Shown here piece by piece: positions 1 through 13,255 of a stretch of 64,000 nucleotides of DNA (positions within the stretch are counted from its first letter, which is position 1; every line of letters begins with the position of its first letter). The stretch is from Podarcis cretensis (lineage: Eukaryota). The stretch covers positions 31,806,001-31,870,000 of the forward strand of contig OX638152.1 in assembly GCA_951804945.1 (NCBI GenBank), written 5' to 3'. The position numbers and the translations under genes were made by a program. The notes beneath the pieces were generated by a model. That model did not search any database. It was not told the DNA's origin and saw only the letters and a list, made by a program, of their open reading frames with translations.

Positions 1-1939
1 AAAGATGAAAACCAAAAGCAGTGGAAAACCTCAGATACATCCATTCCAAAGTTAATTTTAGAAATTCTTCAAGTTAAACCAGAAGGCAAGTGGAACCGAA
101 CAGTAATGGAATGGAATGGAGAACATGCACTCAGCTCTGATCTCCATCACAAAGAAGAGAAAAGACGGGGCTTTTAACCTCCAACACCATTTCAATCATT
201 TCCTTGAGTGCTGTGACATTACCAAAATAGCAGTCCTGAGGAAGTTAACAATATGGGTCAGAGAGAAAATATCAGTATGGTCACCTAATGCACATGCTGC
301 TTCCCATTCCAGAGATGTAATGGTTATGCGGTGTTGGTAATCCTGTCAGGCAATGAAGAACGCATTGGATTTAAAGGATCTGTCAGAGATGTTATTGTGT
401 GCAGGTTCCTCCTGCCCTTCTCCCACCATACAAAAGTAATCTTCAGAGAAATTTACTGGGGTGTGTGAGTGGTGTTTGGTAGGTTAGAGCCAAGAAGGTG
501 AGTTTGGGAGGGATCATGTTTCAGGATCAATTCCAAGAAACAGCAAAACCAGGATCAAGTTCAGGAACAGCAAGCAGTGAGGAAGAGGAGGGGGAGAGAA
601 AGAAGAGACTGTGAATGAAGGCAAAAGGAAAGGTAGCAAGCTTAGGGGATGCTCACAGAGCAAATTAAATAATGGTACAAGGTCAAGAAGATTGGGGTTG
701 GGAGGGAAGACCTGACAAATAATGTCAAATTTCATGTCTCCTTTGATCCCTTCTTCTTTGACAGGCCAATAAACCTGCTTCTGCCATTCTTGAGATCCTC
801 CCCTACCCCCCTTTCTACTGTTCAATGATGGGGACAAAGAAATCAGAGGACAAGTGGATATTTCACCAAGGAGATGCTTAGTAGAATCACCCATACACAT
901 TGACTGGGCAGAGGTCCAGATGGTCATGCTTAGATGGAGAATGTAAATGAAACTAGATAGGCTGTTCAGTCATCTGAATCTAAGAAGATTTGGAGGAGGA
1001 GTGCAATGGTGATTTAAGCAAAGGACATCTATTTGCTGAAAACTGTTTGACTTTGGCCGTGGAACAAAACTTGTGCATGAATTAAAGTTTTGCCAGTTGA
1101 ACTCTTGGATAGCTGCTTGCATTTCACTGTCCTCTGTGCGAGAATAATTTTTAGAGTCACTCTTTGTTGGGTTGGCATTTAGGGGAAGGGCCTCCAACAG
1201 AGTTTTAAAATAATTACAGGAAGAAAATAAAAAGTTCATGGGTGGGGGGAATGCATTGATGATACAACTTCAGATGAAAGGGACCTTACACATTAGGAAA
1301 TTAACTTTGTAAACTTTTTCATGGTACATCAGATGTTCTTTAACCCTGAATGAGTAATGAATATGGAACATTATAAAGAAATAATAATACAGATGATAGA
1401 ACATGCAGTACAAACGGCACAGGTTATTTATTTTTAATTTATTTTATAGAAATTTCTATCTTGCCCTACTATTACATGTGCACTACTCAAGCGGGCTTAC
1501 ATTAACATTTATATTTTATATGAAAGAACAACATATCTAGTAAAAATTTAGCAGAGGCAGAGACTCCAGATAAAACACAACCTTTAAATAAATACAGCTG
1601 AAATGATTGCTTTGTACTCTGCTAATTTAACTTTGCACAAGAAAATATAGCAACCTCATTTGCTCTATTTATTAATTTTAAGCATTTTTCACCCCACTCT
1701 TTAGCTGAAAAGGTTCCTTGAGGAACTTACAGACCTCAAAACACCAGGCAGGAGAGGCAGTCTAGCCTCAATAGCATGCCATATCCAGCCTAAGGGCCCC
1801 ATCAGCCAGAGCAGGCCTGGCACAGGCCTAAATAACCCATGGCCATGTCTCCTATGCTGCCACAACTGTGTATATGTTTGTTGTAGGATAAGAATGTCTT
1901 GTCCATAGCCTGGCTCAGCTGCAAACAATGCCCCCTGGG

Positions 1940-2264
1940 CAGCGGCAGAGCAAGCTGATAGGGCACCTGGGGCGGTGTGCATGCCCCGCACCCAGGGGTG
2001 GGGTAAGCTGGGGCAGGACGCTCCGTGGGGCCTCTGAGGAGTCTGCCTGCCTCCTTCCACTCAGCCACCCTACCACTGAGGGGGAGACAGCAGGCGGACC
2101 GTTTGGGGCAGCGCAGAACCTGCGGGTGCCCAAGCCACTGGAGAGATGCATGGCTTGGGTGTGCTGCAGGCCCTGGGGTGAGTGCTGCCTGGCATTTTGT
2201 CGCCCCCCAGTGGTGACAACCAGTGCGGACCACTCCCATCGCACCCCCCCTTCCTCTGCCCCTG
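1940..2264. mobile_element. GC-rich non-autonomous DNA transposon (MITE), superfamily uncertain
   Basis: Imperfect terminal inverted repeats cagcggcagagcaag ... cttcctctgcccctg bound a sharply GC-rich block. No clear TSD. Confidence 0.6.
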
Positions 2265-2515
2265 GGTGCAGCTCTGATGCTGACCAGAGGGAGTGGAATT
2301 GGAGAAATTCTGCTCTCCCACAGATAATGAAAGGAATGTTTACTATTATGTTCCGGTCAATAGAAGTTTGGAGCACAGGCAACAGAAATAAGGGGAATAT
2401 GCCACCGAATGGAAATCTCTACCCTTGCCTTTATTTCATAGAATCATAGAATCATAGAGTTGGAAGAGACCACAAGGGCCATCGAGTCCAACCCCCTGCC
2501 AAGCAGGAAACACCA

Positions 2516-3766
2516 TCAGAGCACTCCTGACATATGGTTTTCAAGCCTCTGCATAAAGACCTCCAAAGAAGGAGACTCCACCACACTCCTTGGCAGCAAA
2601 TTCCACTGTCGAACAGCTCTAACTGTCAGGAAGTTCTTCCTAATGTTTAGGTGGAATCTTTTTTCTTGTAGTTTGGAACCATTGCTCCGTGTCCGCTTCT
2701 CTGGAGCAGCAGAAAACAACCTTTCTCCCTCCTCTATGTGACATCCTTTTATATATTTGAACATGGCTATCATATCACCCCTTAACCTCCTCTTCTCCAG
2801 GCTAAACATGCCCAGCTCCCTTAGCCGTTCCTCATAAGGCATCGTTTCCAGGCCTTTGACCATTTTGGTTGCCCTCCTCTGGACACGTTCCAGTTTGTCA
2901 GTGTCCTTCTTGAACTGTGGTGCCCAGAACTGGACACAGTACTCCAGGTGAGTTTTGACCAGAGCAGAATACAGTGGCACTATTACTTCCCTTGATCTAG
3001 ATGCAATACTCCTATTGATGCAGCCCAGAATTGCATTGGCTTTTTTAGCTGCCGTGTCACACTGTTGGCTCATGTCAAGTTTGTGGTCAACCAAGACTCC
3101 TAGATCCTTTTCACATGTACTGCTCTCAAGCCAGGTGTCACCCATCTTGTATTTGTGCCTCTCATTTTTTTTTGCCCAAGTGCAATACTTTACATTTCTC
3201 CCTATTAAAATTCATCTTGTTTTGGCCCAGTTCTCTAATCTGTCAAGGTCGTTTTGAAGTGTGATCCTGTCCTCTGGGGTGTTAGCCACCCCTCCCAGTT
3301 TGGTGTCATCTGCAAATTTGATCAGGATGCCCTTGAGTCCATCATCCAAGTCGTTGATAAAGATGTTGAATAAGACCGGGCCCAAGACAGAACCCTGTGG
3401 CACCCCACTAGTCACTCTTCTCCAGGATGAAGAGGAACCATTGATGAGCTCCCTTTGGGTTCGGTCAGTCAGCCAGTTACAAATCAACTGAGTGGTAGCA
3501 TAGTCAAGACCGCATTTTACCAGCTTCTTTACAAGAATATCATTGTCAAATGCCTTGCTGAAATCAAGGTAGGCTACATCCACTGCGTTCCCTTCATCTA
3601 CCAGGCTTGTAATTCTGTCAAAAAACGAGATCAGGTTAGTCTGACACGACTTATTTTTCAGAAATCCATGCTGACTATTGGTGATCACAGTATTCCTTTC
3701 TAGGTGCTCACAAACTGTTTGCTTAATGATCTGCTCCAGAATCTTCCCTGGTATTGATGTCAGACT
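2516..3766 (-). pseudogene. CR1 ORF2 reverse transcriptase and C-terminal domain (disrupted)
   Basis: Motifs [61 protein letters not shown] and [12 protein letters not shown]. Frameshifts and a stop near 3165-3225, plus a small in-frame loss after KAFD. Confidence 0.95.
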
Positions 3767-4806
3767 TTAGATAGCCACCCTGGCTTCTTTAGGCACCTTC
3801 CATGTTTCCGTCTCATTGGTATTGCCTGAAGTTGTGCTTTTACTATCTCCCTCTTAACAAACTCCCAGCCATCATGAACTCCCTTTCCTTTTAGTATTAC
3901 TGTCCATGGGATCTCACCCAGCACTTCCCTAAGTTTTATGAAGTCGGCTTTCTTAAAGTCAAGAAATTGAGTCCTAGTATGCTTGGCTGCTCCTTTCCGC
4001 TGTATAGTAAACTTCAGAAGAGCATGATCACTCGCGCCTAATGATCCTTCCACTTCTACCCCACTAACCAGGTCATCAACATTGGTTAGGACCAGATCTA
4101 AAATGGCTGTTCCTCTTGTTGCTTCTCCCACTTTCTGGACAATTAAGTTGTCTGCAAGGACAGTGAGGAATCTGTTTGACCTTTTGCTCTTGGCTGAGTT
4201 TGACATCCAGCAAATATCCGGGTAATTGAAATCCCCCATTACTACTATCTCCTTTCCTTTTGCTTGCTTGGCCATCTGTTCCAGGAAGGCATCATCTATG
4301 TCCTCCGTTTGGCTTGGGGATCTATAGTAAACTCCCACAATGAAGTCCCTGTTATTCATCTCTCCCTTAATTTTGACCCAAATGCTCTTACTTTGGCTTT
4401 GAGGTTCTAAATCTTGGATCTCTTCACAGGTATACACATCCCTGACATATAACGCCACTCCTCCTCCTTTCTTGTCTGGTCTGTTTCTCTGAAATAGATT
4501 GTAACCCTCCATTATTACATTCCAGTCGTGGGACTTATCCCACCAGGTTTCAGTGATGCCTATTATGTCATATTTAGTTTGCTGTACCAAGAGCTCAAGC
4601 TCATCTTGTTTATTACCCATGCTTTGCGCATTAGTGTACAGACACTGAAGTCCATTAATCATTCCCCCGTGTCTCTTATTTAAGGATTTTTTCCTCCCAC
4701 CAATAGGTCTGCGTGCTGTTTGCTCCATTTGGTCTATGACATTTGGATGATCATGTTCATCAATTGATAGACTCCTACCTTCAGGAGCACTGTCTTCCTC
4801 CCCCAC
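3767..4806 (-). pseudogene. CR1 ORF2 APE-type endonuclease domain (open for about 345 aa, cut off from RT by the deletion)
   Basis: Motifs CLYTNAQS, DIIGITETWW, KGGGVALYV, VGVYYRSP, MGDFNYP, LDLVLTN and SDH. Confidence 0.95.
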
Positions 4807-4810
4807 ATTA

Positions 4811-5035
4811 GTCAGTTTAAAGCCCTCCTGATGAGGTTTCTGAGATTTTTGGCAAAAACATTCCTCCCAACCATTGTGAGGTGCAGCCCATCGCTTGCCA
4901 GAAGTCCATCTTCAAGAAACTGCAGTCCGTGATCTAAGAATCCAAACCGTTCCTGTTTACACCATTTGCGAAGCCAGCTGTTCACTTCCACTATTTTTCT
5001 TTCTCTCCTTGGGCCATGTCGTTCAGCTGGTAGGA
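4811..5035 (-). pseudogene. CR1 ORF1 C-terminus (SGNH esterase-like)
   Basis: Manual translation gives ...VEVNSWLRKWCKQERFGFLDHGLQFLEDGLLASDGLHLTMVGRNVFAKNLRNLIRRALN*. DGLH matches the esterase DxxH block. Confidence 0.88.
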
Positions 5036-6379
5036 TCTTTCCTTAAAGATGCAGTTTTTTTGCAGTCTCCTACCACCCATTACAGCACAACTTTCATCTG
5101 CAAACACCATGCAAGAAAACTCAACTCAGATTGCCATTTGTTATTAGAACATCCATTATATTCATTGCCAGTTGGAAAACTTAACAATATTTCCTGAAGA
5201 TTAACTCCTACACTATTGGATGTTAGTCTTTGAGTGCTCAATCCTATCTGTCCAGAGCTCCTGGAAAGGGGAAAATAATCTTGGGTCACATCACACCACC
5301 AGCAAATGCTTCCTTATCAAGGTCATACCATGCTTACAGTATCCTCATGGGAGATCCATGCACCAGTCCAGTTAATTACACTAACAGCCATGGAAATTAT
5401 ATTGGCCTGCCACTGGCCTAGAGAGATGAATATCTCCATTTCTTAGTCGCAGGGGGATGTTAATGGCATTTTTATTAACTGGTGACCTGTTGACTGCTAT
5501 TAGAATATAGATTGTATGCATAAACCAGGTCTGAGTACTGAAGATATGATTATGGAGCAATTACTGTGTCAGCCAATGTGGCTTCTAATCAGGGCTGGCA
5601 AAGAGAGTTTGGAAGCTTGGAATCTGCATTTTGGAGTCCAACAAGAAGAAACAGTTTTGCATCAAAGTCTGCATTGCGTCTTTACATCTTCTGGAATTGA
5701 AATGTCCGATTCATCTGATTAGAAGAAGGGAGAGTTAAACCAACAAGGAAAGCCTATTTAAGAGGCATGCTCTTTTTTTGTTAGAAAAGCCTAGACTATT
5801 AAGGGAGTTGAGAGTTTGGAAAACTTCTTTAAGAACTTGTTTAAATGTCTCATTGTTGGCTCATAATGCTAAAGCTTCAGTTATTTTTTAAAAGGGAGCA
5901 GCAAAGTCAGTGCAAGGAAGCTCCATGGGTATCATAACAATGATTTAGGTCACCCGCAGACCGTCAGTATTTTGCGAGAGAGATTCAAGCTCACATCAGA
6001 AATTTAGGTTTGTGTGAGGGGATAGTAAAGTACTCTGTCGCCCTGGTGCAGCAAATCCACTTTGAAAATAGATTGGCTTTTTCTGGTTGGGAAAGTGATA
6101 GGGAAATGCACTGACAAATGTGAGATGAACAAATGAGTGACAGGAAGCTGTAAAACCACTGCACAAGCAAATCAGGATGAACACATAATGAATGCACATT
6201 GTTGAATAACCTCCCCATAAACAAATCAGAACAAATGCAAAATAAAACAGGATGCAATTTGTGCAAGCAAATCAGGATGAATGTTCAACAAACAAGTTGT
6301 CTGGAGGAGTCCTTAAATATGGTCAATAGTGCCCTTTCAACATGTTCTACACTAGAAAGGGGTTTCCAGCAACAGATAT

Positions 6380-6409
6380 TCAGAGATACTCTGTTTGCCC
6401 TGTTTTCTG

Positions 6410-6455
<46 letters not shown>

Positions 6456-6681
6456 TCAAAATGCATTTATATTGTATGATCCCCCTCTAAAATACACGTG
6501 CTTGCCTGCATTTACTCTAAAATACATATTACTGTACGCAATTCCCCCCTAGCTGAGAATGGCATTGCAAAATTCAGAGAAGCATGAAGTCCATTTATTA
6601 ATTTATCCATTTATTAATTCAGAAAGTATGGATTAGATCAGTGCATTTAAAATGTGCATCAGATTAAATTCTCTGTCCCTA
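6380..6681. mobile_element. Decayed hAT-like MITE (TAGGGA terminus) containing a (TA)n microsatellite at 6412-6452
   Basis: Ends in tcccta and has aaaatgcat-rich internal repeats like the copies near 19910, 20540 and 62992. Confidence 0.45.
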
Positions 6682-6787
6682 GATTCAACAAAGGGCATCC
6701 CTGTCGTAATCATGACTTACAGAGAGCATTTGAGTTATACAGCTTGACTCACACACCCATTAAATTTTTGGGAAGCACTGCAAGATA

Positions 6788-6790
<3 letters not shown>

Positions 6791-6848
<58 letters not shown>

Positions 6849-7080
6849 TCCCACCCATCTAGCTGGGTTTCCCAAGCCACTCTGGGCATATAAAAATATG
6901 CCCATATGTTTCGTATATTTTTACATATAAAAACATAGGAAAACATCAAACATTTAAAATTTCCCAATACATGGCTGCCTTCAGATGTCTTCTAAAAGTT
7001 GTGTGGTTCTTTATCCCCTTGACATCTGATGGGAGGGCATTTCGGGGGGTGGGGCACTGCTGAGAAGGCCTTCTGCCTGG
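6791..7080 (-). mobile_element. L2 LINE 3' end with an expanded (AAC)n tail at 6791-6848
   Basis: Encodes NALPSDVKGIKNHTTFRRHLKA. 3' UTR matches the copy at 44140-44495. Confidence 0.85.
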
Positions 7081-8091
7081 CAAGGTTGATTTCCACATGG
7101 AAATGTTGTAGCCTATTAGATATCTGGTTCTAATCTTGTTTATAGAGATATAAGGAGAATAATGTTTTGTTAGGTGAAACACTCAATTCCTTTTCTCATT
7201 TTTGAACTAGAAAACAACTGTGCCTAAATCATTTCGTTGATAACTTCTCCTCTTGATTCATGAATCAAGATTATTTAAGGTTGTTTTTGTGGAGTTCACA
7301 AGACCCAAGTAATGTCATCACACAATCCACGATTCTTACCTGCTATGAGCTCTGCGTAATTCACAAAAGGGCATTGAAGACCATGAATTAGAAAGGCAAT
7401 TGTTTAATTCATGTGTTACACAGAGGCACTGCATATTTCAGAAATAAAGACATTTCATTAATTCAGAGTAATGTCAGGGTTGATCTATTATAATTCTTCA
7501 TTCGGATTCAGATCTATATTCCAAGAGCTTTGTCCATTTGTCTTGAGGGCTTGGTGCTCTCTGTTCTGTCTGAGTCCATTTACACAATCAGTTATCTCAG
7601 AATAACAACCCCTAAACTCATTTGGGCTTCTGATTCAGTTATACACTGAAGGGATAAAGCAGAACTTTAAAAAGTCAATAGCCCCTAGCAAAATTTGACT
7701 TTTGATACAATTCTCTTGCATGATCTCTGTTTTGAAACAACAATTCCCTCAAACACTACAGCAGCACCGCAGGAACTGCTTTCCCACGGGTCCATTCCAT
7801 AGATTTGTTGTAACATGTAAAGTTTTGTAACATATTTCTGTATTTGAGGCTAATTACATGGGTCATGAAATCAGGTGCATACATGGAGAAGCAGTTCCCG
7901 CAGTGCTACTGCAATATTTAAAGAAGCTGTCCAGTTATTATCTTTAGCATTTGGAATCCAGTCTCATACAGAAATAAAATGTGCCTAATTATTGTTTGCA
8001 TAGTGCCACCATTGCCATGCACAGTGTTTTTACAGCTTTCCCTTACGATCTGAGTCTGAAGACTGCTTGAGATGCCTACCATTTTCAGCAG

Positions 8092-8283
8092 TGGGGAATG
8101 GCCATAATTTAGGGGTAGAGCACATGTTTTGCATGAAAAACGCCCCAGGTTGACATCTCTAGTCAGGACTGTGGAAGACTCCTGACCCAATCCCTGGAGA
8201 GCCACTTTCACTTAGTGTCAACAATGGTCATTTAGCAGGAGCAAATGGACTGATTCGGTATACAGAACCTTCCTATGCTTCCA
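8092..8283 (+). mobile_element. Old tRNA(Ala)-derived SINE; related fragments near 15755, 22420-22650, 22915, 28775, 39195, 58690 and 60765
   Basis: Degenerate head (gtagagcacatgttttgcatgaaaaacgccccaggtt), body ccctggagagccac, and tail cttcctatg. Confidence 0.65.
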
Positions 8284-8539
8284 ATTGTGGTAATAATATG
8301 TTGTATTTTTAATACTGAACTGCTGTGGGTTGCTAATTTTAGTGTTATAGCATTATGTTATATTGAAATGATTGAGAGGCTTTTTAAATTAAAAAAATAC
8401 TTTATTTTTGTATTTTGATTCATTATGTGAACCCTTTTAGAATGAACTGCATCCTTAAAAGGGGTAGGGAAATTTATTAAATAAATATTAAGTAAGATAA
8501 ATTGCACAACACATCAAATTTTCATTTGGGGATGAGTAT

Positions 8540-9690
8540 GATATTGTGACAAAGCCATCATGGGAAAGGTGGGTTTTGAGATAAGATTAGAAAGAAAGGA
8601 GGGGGCAGCACCACACAGGTGTTCTGGAAGACAGTTCATGGACAGCAAGAGAGAAAGGTGCAATTTGAAGGAGCAGGAGACTTTTGGATGGTTGAGGATG
8701 GTGGAGTGTGAAAAACAAAGGCCACACGCAAGTATGTTTCAGGATGTGAGAACAGAGAGAAAAAGGAGGAAGGCCATCACATTAGTGGACAGCTTGGTGG
8801 GGTGGTGGTGGTCAGCTGACCTTCATTGGGCTACAGCACTGCTGATTACCAGGTGACAGAGGGTTACAGAGGCAGCAAGGACAGTGTGATGCATAATCAC
8901 TGGTGGAGCTAAACCAGTGTTCCTGCTTGAACATTTGCACCATGCCAACCTTACTGCTGCTTTGCCCATTCTCTACCTCCTGGTAAGCAGTAGCAATGTG
9001 ACCTAGAGGTCAGGTGAGCACTGCCACCCCCACCACACCACCTGTTACCACTTTTAACATAAGAATGAGGAGCTTTTGCTGAAGTGACCAGGAAGCCAAT
9101 ATAGGATTTAAGGAGAGTCATCATGTAGACTAGGGGTAACTAACCCCATGTGGCCTGATGTGACCCCTCAAGCAAATGTGTGAAAGACCTAACCAATTTT
9201 GCTAGCTGACACTCATTATTGACAGTATAGACACGGTGCTGGAGTGAGCAGAGAAGTTGAAACTCCTCCTCCCTGCCCAGTTCCCTGATGGAGATGCAAA
9301 TCATTCCCTCCAATCTTCACATCAGTCATTTGATGAGAATGGAGGAGGTGATAACCTCCTCCTTAGCTGAACTCTGTGGGTCAGCTGAGGGGTGTGAGTC
9401 CCTTGTGGATGTGTTGTGTGGGCAGGTGCATTCTCCATGTGTGCAAATGAGAACAGTGTCATGTGCTCTCCACAAAAAAATATTGGCCAAGGATGAATGA
9501 AGCTCTTGAACCAAAAAGGTTGGCAACCCCCCAATGTAGACAGGCTGAGAAAAGAGGAAGATTATTTTGGTAGCAGAATTGCAGATGGAGTTCAGAAAAC
9601 TAACATATAACACCAGAGAACCACAGAGAAGAAGGCTGTAATAGTTGAGCTGTGAAACAACCAGAGCATAAACCAGAATTTTCAAGGGCA
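8540..9690 (-). mobile_element. Old L2 LINE fragments interrupted by MITEs
   Basis: KILVYALVVSQLNYYSLLLCG...ICNSATKIIF resembles the L2 ORF2 C-terminal LV.ALV.SRLDYCN...QNAAAR motif. Confidence 0.6.
8783..9051. mobile_element. Decayed palindromic MITE
   Basis: Arms agtggacagcttggtggggtggtggtggtcagctgacct and aggtcaggtgagcactgccacccccaccacaccacctgttaccact are imperfect inverted repeats. Confidence 0.5.
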
Positions 9691-9724
9691 GCTTTTCCTC
9701 CCTGGGAGTATTGCGAAATACCTT

Positions 9725-9728
<4 letters not shown>

Positions 9729-9776
<48 letters not shown>
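9729..9776. repeat. (TA)n microsatellite
   Basis: Perfect dinucleotide run. Confidence 0.98.
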
Positions 9777-9779
<3 letters not shown>

Positions 9780-10441
9780 TTGCTGATAATGGACATGACT
9801 TGGTGAGAGTCAAAAATAAATCCAACCCAATGTAAGGTTTTCTCTGTTGAAACACCCTGGAGTACCTTTTACATGCAGGAACAAATAACAACCTTGGTAT
9901 CTAATTAACACATACTGGGGGTGGTGTTCTCTATGATACCCTACTTCTCAGATAAATGTAATTAGAGAAAAAAATGATATATAAGATACACAAGGAAATG
10001 CTTATTTTCTACTATGGATGGTTCCCAAATGTGGAAATGTGGATGTTAAAAAATGAAATCCCTTGCCCCAACCCAGTCCAAACACTGCTGAATTATTATG
10101 AACTATGCCCATTACTTCAAGCCCTATGTTATTTGGCCCCACCACAGAGTGAATTTGCCCCAAGTCAGCTTCATCAGACTTCCTTTTCCTAAATCTCCCT
10201 TGCAGGAGATCATTTGTCAATAAACCTGCCTTTGTTTTAATTGCCCATTGACACCCAGCAATGTGGAGAATTACCCATACATGACCTATGCTCACTGTTG
10301 GCTGTAAGATAAGGCAATGGATGTTCCTTTGGAGAGGAAACACGATGCAACTAAGGGCATCATGGCCTCTGACACTGCTTCATGGCAGGCCTCCCTATAG
10401 GCCACCATAGCTGAGGGAACTTACCCTCCCACAGGCTAGTA

Positions 10442-10659
10442 CAGTGGTACCTTGGGTTACAGATGCTTCAGGTTACAGACTCCACTAACCCAGAAATAGT
10501 ATCTTGGATTAAGAACTTTGCTTCAGGATGAGAACAGAAATTATGCGGCGGAGGCAGCAGGAGGCCCCATTAGCTAATGTGGTGCCTCAGGTTAAGAACA
10601 GTTTCAGGTTAAGAACGGACCTCCAGAATTAATTAAGTTCTTAACCTGAGGTACCATTG
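10442..10659. mobile_element. Tc1/mariner (Tigger/pogo-like) MITE
   Basis: TIRs cagtggtacct...aggtaccattg, TA TSD, internal ggttaagaac subrepeats. Same family as 30366-30591, in the opposite orientation. Confidence 0.9.
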
Positions 10660-13139
10660 TATTGTGAGTCAAAATAGAACTTCAAAGTAGAAAATCCAAG
10701 CTCTTTCTGGATACTCTATATTTTGCTTCCCACCATGACTGGGTTACATGGCACAAGGACATTAGCAAGAGTGCCAGCTTCTTTATCTGTGATATCAGTG
10801 CTTCTGTTTTTCCTCCACAAGTACCCTCACCTTCATGCCAAACACTGGCTCCACCAAAACCACAACAGTCTATTACACCATCTGTCAGAAATTCCCATTA
10901 TTGCTGCAGTTCCGTATCTATCCAAGGTGGAGCTGTACTCTGCAATTCCACTTATAGAGTGCTTACTGGGATAATTGGGTCTGCCCAGCTCATTAAAAAT
11001 AAATTTTGATGTTTTCTTAGGATGGATCTAATTATCTGGACCCAGGGGGGAAACCAGCAATAGAAAGAGAGAGAACGAGAGGGTGTGGCACAGCACACAT
11101 ACTGGCATACACCTGTTCAATGGTCCACAGCAGGAAAAAAATTAAGGCTGTAGCTCGGATCTCCTTCATCAGTTAAAATAAATTGATGTGTGACTATGGG
11201 GAGCAGGGCAGGGAGGGTTCATTTCAAGGCAGGTAGCAACACATATCTTGCTTTGACTTTCAAGAAGAAAGCCTTACATTTTGCACAGAAAAAAAGAAGC
11301 TTGCATATGCAAGTGAATGTTGGGTTGTCTTTACCATAATCCAACCATACCATGAGTACATTTAGCATATCTGATTGTGGGACAGGAAGGGACTCTTTTA
11401 TATTCTATGGAACTCTTTCTTGACATTTATCTTCCATGTGCTTTCATGTAATAAGCCTATCCTGAAGATTTTGCACAATGACTGGAAGTGAGGAGGGGCA
11501 GGTGGCCTCAGTTAAAAATTGAGCAAAACCTGAGTAAGTAGCACTTCAAGGATCTTGCCTCGCTATCTTTTATATAAAGTCCTGAAAATTAGAAGGCTGG
11601 CGGTAGCAATCTTTCTAAAATGGGGTATCAATTTGTAACACTTCTTTCATCGGAGCATTCATTCCTGGAGAATGTAAAGCTCGCTTGCTAAATTGAACGG
11701 AGACTGGTTGTAACATCCAAGAGAAGAGGAAAAAACTTGACTTACTCTCTAGTCTGTTAAAAGGACCGCTAATAAGAAATCTGTAGGGCTAAAACAGAGC
11801 TCGTAAGTTGACACTGTCACATGTGAAGTAAATTTCTCAGCAAAATATCTGCAAAAAACATTTACATTTTAGAAGAATGTTGTTACAGTACTTCAGAAAA
11901 CAGCAGATAATCATAATCCATAGTCTTTTGCCCTGGCATTAATGGAGAATTTCTCTCCTAATAGAAGAATAAATACACAAAATGGAGGTCATAAGATTAA
12001 CATGATTAACATGATCCTAGATATGCCTACTCAGAAGGAAGTCCCACTGAACTGAGAGGTCAAAGAGAATTTAGAGGGACACATTCCCTCTGTCTTTCTG
12101 TCGACAGATGGCATCATACAGGGTGAGAAACACAATTTCTGTGCTAAAACTGGGCCTAAACCCTGATTGAAATGGATCTAGAAAGTCCGGCCCTGAGACT
12201 GGGTAAGGTTCCTCCCCTTAAGCACCTCTGTTGCTGATTCCTGTGCTCAAGACACAGGCAAATAGTGCCTAAAAGATGAACTATGCTAAAGGCTATTCTG
12301 TTGTTCGTGTGAGTAGTGTCACCAAAATTTGTAATTAGGTTTGAATTTGTCCATTGTCCATGAGTGCCATTTTTCTCAAAGGTTCAGCTCCACCTTGGAA
12401 TGCTAAATGAGATTCTCAGCAAAGCAGACTTTTCTTAAGCAAACTTCCCTACATGCTCCTATGTAAACATTATTTAGTATTAAACCCTTTCCTCTTGCGG
12501 AACCTCACTTGATTGCTGTGAAACTACATGAAATACAAAGCCAGCTGGTTTGCAGGTGCGTCTGTAGAAGTTCATTAATGTTCACCCTGATGAAAGCTGT
12601 CATTGATTTCCCTGAACTGCATGACCCACCCAACCAAGCAGCCTTTGGCTTGGTGGCTTACTTAACTACTTGAGTCAATTCTCTCAATTGTTTCATGCTG
12701 TTGGTTTATGTGTTTGATATCCCCCATTCAGATCTGAGATCCAACCCCATTGTTCCCAGGAGGGTTTTTTTTATTTTGTTTTGCTTGCCTTGTTTTTTTG
12801 GGGGGGCACTACAAGTCCCAAGTCACATTGAGAGGAAATACATAAGGGAAAATGAACAAATTGGTTTAAAACTTAAGAGAGTTTGCTCATTGCAAGTTCA
12901 GGCTGTTGGGAAAGGTCCTTGCAGCTTATCATTCTGATTACACAGCAGACCAATGAGCATATGGTGAGGACATGAATGCAGTTCATAGATATCAAGTGCA
13001 TTTGGTGATTTTGCTATTTTGTTTTGATTGATTGCATTTTTATTGTAGCTTTAGTTTGCATGAGTATTCTAAGAAAGAAAGAACACAACAGAACACAACT
13101 TCTCTTCCCCTAAAATCAATGCATATTTGATTTTAGGAA

Positions 13140-13211
13140 GCTAGGATAGCTCAGTCAATATAGCATGAAACTCTAAATCTCAGGGGCATGGGTTAGAGCC
13201 CCAGAATGGGC

Positions 13212-13255
<44 letters not shown>

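Larger units (their letters stand above)
2436..5035 (-). mobile_element. CR1 LINE, 5'-truncated within ORF1, with an internal deletion in ORF2
   Basis: 3' tail (ATTCTATG)n at 2436-2458 on the minus strand. RT, APE endonuclease and ORF1 esterase C-terminus are all recognisable and in the correct order. Confidence 0.97.

Noticed and set aside
1052-1075. FGRGTKLV, resembling an Ig/TCR J-segment FGxGT motif
   Set aside because: No upstream RSS (nonamer-spacer-CACTGTG), no splice donor at the expected position, and no other J-like segments nearby.
1701-2449. Six overlapping ORFs of up to 173 aa in a GC-rich block (possible gene or CpG-island promoter)
   Set aside because: They coincide with a TIR-bounded GC-rich MITE, where stop codons are rare by composition. 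No domain is recognisable.
2460-3703. Plus-strand ORFs of 76-100 aa
   Set aside because: Antisense shadows of CR1 ORF2.
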